This document shows, piece by piece, positions 53,193 through 59,896 of a stretch of 59,896 bases of DNA. Origin of the DNA: a virus (taxonomy: Duplodnaviria; Caudoviricetes); IMG/VR virus record IMGVR_UViG_3300020391_000476, positions 1 to 59,896 of that record. The stretch is one strand, 5' to 3'. The position numbers and the translations under genes were made by a program. Under the pieces are notes generated by a model. It worked only from the letters and a program-made list of their open reading frames with translations. It did no database searches and was not told where the DNA came from. How positions within the stretch are numbered: position 1 is the stretch's first letter; each line of letters opens with the position of its first letter.

Positions 53193-54755
53193 TTACTCGC
53201 GATAACCAAACAAGAATCCGTCGGCTGCGCCAGTAGTTTGACCACCTACGCCTGTCCAGGCTGGGGGCAATCCTGAAATTCCTTGATTCGTAGCAGTACT
53301 TCCTGCTTCCGCTCCAGAAATATAAAGACCTCTTACCATATCATCGGAACTTCCAATCTGAGTAGTAAAAGTAAGATCAACAGATTTGTTGTCTCCAATA
53401 GTACTACTAAAGTTTTCTGATTCAAGACGAGCACCTTTCATCGTATATTTCATGGCTAAGTCAGTTTGCTTGGTTACGCAACCATTGCAGTCTGGCTTGA
53501 ACAACAAAATAGAAATATCAAATTCTTCGCAGTCGCAAAGTAGGTCAACCATGTTTCCTCTTTTTATATCTGAAAGAAGTGCATTAACACTAACAGTTAC
53601 AGAAAGAGGGAGATCAATAGCTTTGGAAAATCCAAATACTGAACCTAAACGCTGCAGCGAAGTTCTTGCCAAAGGCAATGAAATATTTGCAGATTGAATA
53701 TGAGCACTTCCTATCATAGGAGTACTTCCATCTCCAGAAGTAGCTTTCGAAATTAAAGATTTTCCTTGAAGATCAACTACTACATCACCTGGGCGAAGAG
53801 CAGCGATATCATCTTCACATCCAGTGTATCCACTTCTGGATGCTGGTAAAGAGTAAAGACCAGTACAGCCTGGAGCGTAACATGTAGTACGGTCATTATC
53901 TGGTCCCCATGCATTACTTACTCTACTTCCATCACGCATATTCATTGCTGGAACATCGTTACCAGTGGTTCCAAAATCACTACGGATATTCATTCCTTCA
54001 ACTGTAACACTTGCAGTTGGAATAGATCCAACGGCAATATCTACTGAATAGTCTGTGATATAACCATTACCTAAAGAAATTACACTTTTGGAGTTTTCTT
54101 CACCAGCTGCATTAACTTTAGCATCTCCTATTACCGCATCGCGAGCTTCTGGAGCTGTAAGGATAAAAAAGTTATTTCCTGCTTGATAAAGTTCAGGAGT
54201 TAACATTCCACTAAGGGTATTCACCGCACCATTAGTTACAAATTCCATTTGTCTTTCATTAAAGCCATCAAGAAGATAGTACGAAAAGTCAAGGTTTACT
54301 GTAGGTGACTCAACTACTACACTATCAAGTCTTGATGCGTGACCGAATTGATTAATGTCCTGACGATTAATTGTAAAACCATAGTTTGCAGACTGAACTC
54401 TTTTAAGTTGCTTAATAATAGAGCCATGGTCTTTTGCTAAAGCTGCGTCAGCTACATTGCCTTGCTCATCGCTTGGATTCCAAGCTGGCCAAGCATCACC
54501 ACATTGCCATCCGACTGCTTGTCCTTTATTGTTGGTTCCAACATCTGCTACTAGCGTTGGAACCCCTGGTACTGCGCCTTGCACGGTTTGACTAGCGTCA
54601 AGAGGTGGGGTCATTAAGCCAAAGTTAGCTGTCACGTCTCCGTGTTGATTTGTTGTGATGGTTCCTTCTGCACCAGTGAAATGATATCCTGTCGCGTCTG
54701 GACTGATAAACAATGCTTCTGATTGATAAATTACTCTATTTCTATGTACTGCCAT
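53193..54755 (-). CDS. Probable major tail tube protein (two tandem tube-fold domains)
   Basis: LKRVQSANYGFTINRQDINQFG is repeated as AHIQSANISLPLARTSLQRLG. It has a clear SD (AGGAGA), a downstream terminator, and follows the connector genes. Confidence 0.75.
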   Translation of the reverse strand: MAVHRNRVIYQSEALFISPDATGYHFTGAEGTITTNQHGDVTANFGLMTPPLDASQTVQGAVPGVPTLVADVGTNNKGQAVGWQCGDAWPAWNPSDEQGNVADAALAKDHGSIIKQLKRVQSANYGFTINRQDINQFGHASRLDSVVVESPTVNLDFSYYLLDGFNERQMEFVTNGAVNTLSGMLTPELYQAGNNFFILTAPEARDAVIGDAKVNAAGEENSKSVISLGNGYITDYSVDIAVGSIPTASVTVEGMNIRSDFGTTGNDVPAMNMRDGSRVSNAWGPDNDRTTCYAPGCTGLYSLPASRSGYTGCEDDIAALRPGDVVVDLQGKSLISKATSGDGSTPMIGSAHIQSANISLPLARTSLQRLGSVFGFSKAIDLPLSVTVSVNALLSDIKRGNMVDLLCDCEEFDISILLFKPDCNGCVTKQTDLAMKYTMKGARLESENFSSTIGDNKSVDLTFTTQIGSSDDMVRGLYISGAEAGSTATNQGISGLPPAWTGVGGQTTGAADGFLFGYRE

Positions 54756-54829
54756 TTTGTTGTCTCCTAATTTGTAGGTAAATGTTTGTATAAAATTACA
54801 TTATGTTTTGTGTATTGGGAAATATTTTT

Positions 54830-55735
54830 TTAACTTCTTGGAAATCTTGCTTGACTGACTTGGAAATCAACGAACCCTAAATATAAATCTGGATTGTTTG
54901 TTCTGTTAGACTTATCGCTAATTTTAGACGCTTGAACATCTTCTATGAACATCAAAGGGCCAGGATGTTGACAGTTTGTGACTGCTTCACTATAACTATA
55001 AGAGCCTTCTTTTAAATCTCCATAATTGTCAAAAGGGTGATTATCATACCCTAGATTTCTTATGGCTAATTCTTTGGCATCAGTACATACAGACATGAAT
55101 CCGTCAAGTTGATAAAGGTCTTCTGCGAATAAAACCACTCTATAATTTAACCTGGTAAGATCTTCTCCCCCAAAAGCATAAGGAGTATTTCTTGAACTTT
55201 CCATAGAAACAAACGCTGCAGGAGCAACATGTTCATACGGTTCAATTCCGACGCCCTGGCCATAGTTAGGAGTAGTTCTACTATTAATATTGTATTTTCC
55301 CTGAACAACAAGATTTTCTTCCGTATCATCTGCTAGATAAATATTTACATCTTTTACCGATACATCAGTTTTGACCTGTAAAGTTTGATAATTATTTGGA
55401 AATTTATCGCCATCAAGCAAAATTCTTCCGTTATCAAAATCAATCATTAATCCACTTTGCCCTCTAGCACAAAACTCATATCCATTTCCAGTATCAATAT
55501 GAACCCCGTTTGGCACTTGAGCGTTTTGAATATCGTGATCATAAACCCATTGTTTATATTCGCTACTGTAAGTTATAAAACCAAGCGGGTCTTCTGGGTA
55601 TTTAAGCAGTCTTTCGTCTGGTGTATAATACATGCCAACTTCTTTATTAGAAAAAGCTTGGGCTTTTGTTGACATATAGTAGTCTAGCCATAGAGCAAAA
55701 CTAGTATTAGCTTCATGCTGGAATTGAGGAATCAT
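54830..55735 (-). CDS. Putative tail terminator or completion protein
   Basis: Synteny (directly upstream of the tube gene); PAAFV......P.AFGG.D....YRVV and GFVDF strands. Confidence 0.55.
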   Translation of the reverse strand: MIPQFQHEANTSFALWLDYYMSTKAQAFSNKEVGMYYTPDERLLKYPEDPLGFITYSSEYKQWVYDHDIQNAQVPNGVHIDTGNGYEFCARGQSGLMIDFDNGRILLDGDKFPNNYQTLQVKTDVSVKDVNIYLADDTEENLVVQGKYNINSRTTPNYGQGVGIEPYEHVAPAAFVSMESSRNTPYAFGGEDLTRLNYRVVLFAEDLYQLDGFMSVCTDAKELAIRNLGYDNHPFDNYGDLKEGSYSYSEAVTNCQHPGPLMFIEDVQASKISDKSNRTNNPDLYLGFVDFQVSQARFPRS

Positions 55736-56352
55736 TATTTAAATATTTTTTGGAATTTTTTTTCCCATAAAGCTATAAAATTAGAAATATATTTTACGTT
55801 TTGGAATCTTCCACTAAATAAAGTTTCTTCGGCTTGTATTCCTCCGCCTGATCTTCCTTTATCTTTTCTAGCTAAATACTTCGGGTATCCAGAAATTCCC
55901 ATTTCAATTCTCTGAGCCCAACTTAATCCAGTCGCCCAAGGCATTGGGGTAGCAGAAAAGATTTCTTTTGTAGAAGGAAGCTCTATAGTTACTCTCAAAA
56001 AACCCCTAGTGTTAAATCTAGATACTATCATATGGCTTTTAGCCAATAAATTGACTATTGGAGATATAGGATCATCGCCCTTATTAAAACCAATAAAAGA
56101 AAAAAGGTTTCCGTAACCTCCTAATGTTCCACTAATATTAGAGGAGTTCGGGCCCGCTGAGATTTCTCTTGTCACAGGATGCATTAAAAAGTCTTTTATC
56201 ATTTCTTTTTTCATTTTTTCAAATACTTGATCAACACTTTGATTTCCTATGAAAATACTTTTTCTAATTTGAGTTGCATTGTTAAGTGAGGCCAAAGAGT
56301 TGACTACTTGTTTTCCTAAAACTCTATGATCTATTTTTAAAGTAACGCTCAT
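55735..56352 (-). CDS. Putative neck or tail completion protein
   Basis: Synteny; WA..IE.G motif and a basic C-terminus, as in HK97 gp10-like neck proteins. Confidence 0.5.
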   Translation of the reverse strand: MSVTLKIDHRVLGKQVVNSLASLNNATQIRKSIFIGNQSVDQVFEKMKKEMIKDFLMHPVTREISAGPNSSNISGTLGGYGNLFSFIGFNKGDDPISPIVNLLAKSHMIVSRFNTRGFLRVTIELPSTKEIFSATPMPWATGLSWAQRIEMGISGYPKYLARKDKGRSGGGIQAEETLFSGRFQNVKYISNFIALWEKKFQKIFK

Positions 56353-56801
56353 TAATCAGTCGGTCTTAAATAGTAGGTGAAAAATTTAGGCCTGAATAAA
56401 CCGTGTTTTTTTACATCTGTTACTTTGAACATTAATCTTCCATCTATTTCTACTCTTTTTGCGTCTTTGAAATAATCGTAACCTTCAGAATCAAGTTTAA
56501 TTCTTACTTCACCTATGTCATGATGAAGTTTTACCGTGCTATCAACTTCAGAATCGAATGATACTTCGTTTTGCTTATCCATATATAAAACTCTAGCATT
56601 TAAAGTTTTAAATTGAGTTCTGTGCAAAGTTGTTTTTACACCTTTTACATTGTTGTAAAGAAAGTTAAAATTTGGATCCATACTCACAATAATCTTTTTG
56701 GCGTCTTTGTAAGCGAATATTGTGCGCGAAAAAGTTTCATGCATCCTTTGCATGACTGATTCAAATTGTTGTTTTTGCGCAGATGATAAAAAAGAGGACA
56801 T
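56352..56801 (-). CDS. Putative head closure (stopper) protein
   Basis: 149 aa, beta-rich, RVEIDG..F.V motif; first gene of the tail operon. Confidence 0.5.
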   Translation of the reverse strand: MSSFLSSAQKQQFESVMQRMHETFSRTIFAYKDAKKIIVSMDPNFNFLYNNVKGVKTTLHRTQFKTLNARVLYMDKQNEVSFDSEVDSTVKLHHDIGEVRIKLDSEGYDYFKDAKRVEIDGRLMFKVTDVKKHGLFRPKFFTYYLRPTD

Positions 56802-56810
56802 ATAGTTATA

Positions 56811-56815
56811 TACAC
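56811..56815 (-). promoter_or_regulatory. GTGTA element at the head of the tail operon
   Basis: Minus strand GTGTA-TATAACTAT-ATG. Confidence 0.65.
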
Positions 56816-56831
56816 CAACGATAATAGTTTA

Positions 56832-56860
56832 TTGAAAAAAACAAAGACTTCTATTAATAT
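56832..56860 (+). promoter_or_regulatory. Sigma70-like promoter, probably leaderless
   Basis: TTGAAA (56832-56837), 17 nt, TAATAT (56855-56860). The ATG at 56868 is 7 nt further on. Confidence 0.5.
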
Positions 56861-56867
56861 ATGAAAT

Positions 56868-57152
56868 ATGGATCCACATAAAGCGATTAACGCAATATAC
56901 AGTAAAAATACTAAATTGCTTTTTAAATCTTTTTTGACTCTTGTTGAAGATTTACAAAACGAACATACAATAAATTTTAAAAAATTAAAAAAAGCTCTTC
57001 CCGAAGATTATCATAGTTTAATTGATCAAGCTAACTATTTTGATTATAATAAAATGCAGTATTTAAGAAAGAAAATTCTTGATATGGGTAATGAAAGCAT
57101 TAGGGAATCTGAAAACAATTTTGAAAATTTTACTATAAGTTTTAAGTTTTAA
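56868..57152 (+). CDS. Hypothetical protein
   Basis: 94-aa ORF behind a promoter-like element; first gene of the divergent block. Confidence 0.7.
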   Translation: MDPHKAINAIYSKNTKLLFKSFLTLVEDLQNEHTINFKKLKKALPEDYHSLIDQANYFDYNKMQYLRKKILDMGNESIRESENNFENFTISFKF

Positions 57153-57181
57153 ATTTATTATAACAAAAGGAATAAGGACAA

Positions 57182-57943
57182 ATGAATAAAAAAATTATAT
57201 ATCAATTCACTGTAAATACAGATCAAGACGTAGAAGAAGAAAAGACTTCTAGGCGCAAGAATAAAGAAACTGGAGAGATGGAGACAATTACTACCACAAA
57301 GGTAGTCAAGAAATCTGTACCCAGTGACATTATTATTTATCAGCCTTCCAGGCGTCAAATAGAAGATGCTGACATGGAGTTTAGCATTGAGATGAGCAAG
57401 TGCATCAAGAAAGGTATTTTAACAAAAGCTATGTTGGCTAAAAAATACAGCGACACTGGGGGCTTATTAACAGAAGGTGATTCGCAAAAGCTTATCCGTC
57501 TCTATAAAGAGCTTGGCGAAACTCAAAACGCTCTTGCAAAATTGTCTCAGAAAAAAAAGAAAACAGAAAATGAAAAAAAGAAAGAGTCTGAACTTACTGA
57601 AACATTTGCTAGCACTCGAAGAGAGATAGTTGATTTAGAAACTAATTATCAAAACCTTTTTAATCATACCGCTGATACCAAAGCTCAAAATAGAGCTATC
57701 TTGTGGTATATGCTTAACCTATGTTTTGTTAAACAAAATGAAGAAGAAAGACCTTTATTCACTGGTGAGTCTACAGAAGAAAAAGAAGACTCTTATTATG
57801 AGCTAGAAGAATCAGAGGATGAAATTTTTGATTTAGCAAAAGAAAAACTGATGACTTTTGTTAGTTTTTGGTATTTTAGTCAAAATCCTGCTAAAGAAGA
57901 TTTTGAAAATTTAGAACAAGAGCTTGACGCTGAATTAGCCTGA
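57182..57943 (+). CDS. Hypothetical coiled-coil protein, possible tail assembly chaperone
   Basis: 253 aa, preceded by AAGGAATAAGGACAA; highly charged and helical. The function is inference. Confidence 0.7.
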   Translation: MNKKIIYQFTVNTDQDVEEEKTSRRKNKETGEMETITTTKVVKKSVPSDIIIYQPSRRQIEDADMEFSIEMSKCIKKGILTKAMLAKKYSDTGGLLTEGDSQKLIRLYKELGETQNALAKLSQKKKKTENEKKKESELTETFASTRREIVDLETNYQNLFNHTADTKAQNRAILWYMLNLCFVKQNEEERPLFTGESTEEKEDSYYELEESEDEIFDLAKEKLMTFVSFWYFSQNPAKEDFENLEQELDAELA

Positions 57944-57946
57944 TGA

Positions 57947-58927
57947 GTGGAACTCAAAGGCTATAGAAAACTTTTAAAAGAAATATCTGACGGTTTTTCT
58001 GTATATTTTATAGGCGAAGAAAGAGTATTCATAAAGCACCAATCTAATTCTGATTTGGTAGACTTTGATGATGTTTATGAAGCTTATTTTTCAATGGCCA
58101 AAAAAAGAGGCCTTCCTTCTGAAAAAGAAATACTTGAAGACTTAAAGTCAGAAGAAATATGGACAGATAAAGATGATTCTGAAATCGAATCTCAATCTTT
58201 TTATGTAGAAAATTTAATAAGAAATAAAAAGAATATTGTTTTAAAAAGTGCGCTTGAACAAATCAATAAACAAATAAAACAAGCTGAAGAGCAATTAAAT
58301 TCTTTAAAAAATAAAAAAAGTAGCTTAACAGCTAATAGTTGTGAATCTTATGCGCTAAATAGAGCAAATGATTTTTATATAGTCAACAGTTTTTACAAAG
58401 ATAACTCTTTTAAAGAATCTCTTTATACTAGCGAAGAATATGAATACGCAGAAGCTTCTGAAGTTTCATCCTTAGTTTCTCATTATAATAATTTTCACGA
58501 AAGATTTAGCGAAAAATCTGTACAGCATTTAGTTTTGCAAGATTTTTATAGAATTTATTTTGCATTTTGCGAAACTTCTAATGATTTTTTTGGTAAGCCA
58601 ATTATGTGTCTTACTAATTTCCAATTAAACCTTATTGTTTATACTAGAATTTTTAAGAATATTTTTGAAATGAATGAAGATATTCCTGAGAAAATAAAAA
58701 AAGATCCAGAAGCTCTTCTTGACTTTGCAAACTCTTCTGAAGCAAGAGAAGATATGAAGAAAAAATTCTCAGGAGACAAAGGTGCTTCAACTATAGTCGG
58801 AGCAACCAAAGAAGATATGGAAGACCTAGGCATGGAACAAAACACTGGGGTTAGTTTATCAGAGGCTGCGAAAAAGAAAGGTGGCTCTTTATCCATGAAA
58901 GATCTAATGGATATCAGCGGCGCTTAA
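57947..58927 (+). CDS. Hypothetical coiled-coil protein, possible tail assembly chaperone partner
   Basis: 326-aa ORF with a GTG start, in frame with the upstream gene after TGA TGA. Confidence 0.7.
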   Translation: MELKGYRKLLKEISDGFSVYFIGEERVFIKHQSNSDLVDFDDVYEAYFSMAKKRGLPSEKEILEDLKSEEIWTDKDDSEIESQSFYVENLIRNKKNIVLKSALEQINKQIKQAEEQLNSLKNKKSSLTANSCESYALNRANDFYIVNSFYKDNSFKESLYTSEEYEYAEASEVSSLVSHYNNFHERFSEKSVQHLVLQDFYRIYFAFCETSNDFFGKPIMCLTNFQLNLIVYTRIFKNIFEMNEDIPEKIKKDPEALLDFANSSEAREDMKKKFSGDKGASTIVGATKEDMEDLGMEQNTGVSLSEAAKKKGGSLSMKDLMDISGA

Positions 58928-58933
58928 TTTTAA

Positions 58934-58938
58934 GTGTA
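58934..58938 (+). promoter_or_regulatory. GTGTA element upstream of the fibre gene
   Basis: GTGTA-TATCTAAAT-AGACAGAAAAGCC-ATG within a 33-nt intergenic gap. Confidence 0.5.
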
Positions 58939-58960
58939 TATCTAAATAGACAGAAAAGCC

Positions 58961-59896
58961 ATGCAAACAATAAAAATTAGAAATCTTGACTCTACTGAAG
59001 ATAACACCGTTACAGATAATAGTTATTTAGCTTTATCGCTTAATGAAAATGACGTCAAAAGAGAATCAGAAGACCCTAACGATTTAAATCCAAGGATAAC
59101 TGTAAAAACCACTATCTCTCAGCTTAGAAAAGCTATTTTACCGACAATAGGAAGCTCTCCGCCTGTTTCTGAAAATGAAGAAGGCGGTATTGACGTAGGG
59201 ATTGGAGACGTAATTTTAGACGAAAATGGACAACCTTTAACAACTCAGCCTCCAGTCGTTATAAAACAAGGAGGCAAAGAACAAATAAATATTACCGATG
59301 ATGGAGTATCGTTAAAAGAAAATGTAATTATAGAGAAAGAACTTTCCGTCACTGGGCCTACTACTTTTAATAATACAACTACTTTTAATAATACAACTGC
59401 TTTTGGTCGTGACGTTTTTATTAATGAAATAACTAACGACCCATCTCCAATAGAAGGAAAAATTTACAGAAAATCTGACGGTCTATACTTTAATGGTTCT
59501 AAGATTTTAACCGAAGGTGAGGGAGGGAAATGGGTAGACGGAGACTCTTCTGGTGATATAGTTTATAATAGTGGCAATGTAGGTATTGGTACTGCTGAAC
59601 CAGATGGTAAACTTGATGTGGAAGGTGATTTTGTTATCTCAAGAAATAGCTTGTACGAGTCTCGATGGAAAATTGGCATTACTCATACTGGAGTTGATAA
59701 TTACGGCTCACTTTATTTTTTGCCAGAGGGCAATAATAGCTCAACGGCTGACTGGGGGGTACCTAATAAATTTATTGTTAAGGCTAACGGCGATGTAGGT
59801 ATTGGTACTGAGAACCCCGCTTCGATATTTCATGTTAAATCATCGCTAGATGGTCCTATTTTCGATAGTGGTGGCACAGACAATGCAAATCACGCA
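58961..59896 (+). CDS. Tail fibre-like protein (3' end runs off the window)
   Basis: Not in the ORF track; translated by hand. MQTIKIRNL...TVKTTISQLRK...YNSGNVGIGTAEPDGKLDVEG...ANGDVGIGTENPASIFHV (GxVGIGT fibre repeats). Confidence 0.85.
   Translation, partial: MQTIKIRNLDSTEDNTVTDNSYLALSLNENDVKRESEDPNDLNPRITVKTTISQLRKAILPTIGSSPPVSENEEGGIDVGIGDVILDENGQPLTTQPPVVIKQGGKEQINITDDGVSLKENVIIEKELSVTGPTTFNNTTTFNNTTAFGRDVFINEITNDPSPIEGKIYRKSDGLYFNGSKILTEGEGGKWVDGDSSGDIVYNSGNVGIGTAEPDGKLDVEGDFVISRNSLYESRWKIGITHTGVDNYGSLYFLPEGNNSSTADWGVPNKFIVKANGDVGIGTENPASIFHVKSSLDGPIFDSGGTDNANHA
59360..59398 (+). repeat. 18-bp tandem duplication within the fibre gene (TTFNNT twice)
   Basis: ACTACTTTTAATAATACA occurs twice in a row, followed by a partial third copy. 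Confidence 0.85.

Noticed and set aside
57941-57949. Stop-codon readthrough or TGA recoding joining ORFs 57182 and 57947
   Set aside because: Two consecutive TGA codons would have to be read through, and TGA is a normal stop in several ATGA overlaps in this window.
59586-59798. 70-aa plus-strand ORF in the track
   Set aside because: It is an alternative frame inside the fibre gene that starts at 58961.
1-59896. tRNA, rRNA, integrase, transposase or tail sheath genes
   Set aside because: None recognised. Intergenic gaps are short and are mostly explained by promoters and terminators; a covariance-model scan was not run.

Overview
This window is an AT-rich segment of a large tailed phage, most likely a siphovirus: it has a lambda-like tail tip and no sheath gene, and I see no host housekeeping genes, RNA genes or CRISPR array. 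From left to right it holds: (1) a class Ia ribonucleotide reductase alpha subunit cut by the window edge; (2) a minus-strand glycan cluster (gmd, two GT2, exostosin/GT47-like, FkbM methyltransferase, GT77-like); (3) a divergent plus-strand block with consensus sigma70 promoters, a phage sigma factor, SSB, more glycosyltransferases and a Rad52-like annealing protein; (4) a ~42 kb minus-strand tail operon with head-tail connectors, four tail-tube-fold paralogs, two B-repeat/Ig-like proteins, a 4454-aa tape measure protein (TMP) and gpM/L/K/I-J homologs; (5) a plus-strand block ending in a partial tail fibre. The main candidate for a new system is inside the TMP. About 1670 aa form an array of 10 cassettes separated by 11 copies of a G-[FL]-[IV]-P-N-F-type motif. 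Two cassettes carry PD-(D/E)xK-like nuclease motifs, others weakly resemble GNAT, ART and SH3 folds, and one cassette is exactly duplicated (222 bp) with its ends in the motif. This suggests a recombination-shuffled, injected effector polyprotein carried by the TMP. A second signal is a GTGTA element placed exactly 9 nt before ATG, or 10 nt before an AGGAACAAGG leader, which looks like a phage-sigma promoter. All family calls come from reading motifs by eye; no database searches were run.
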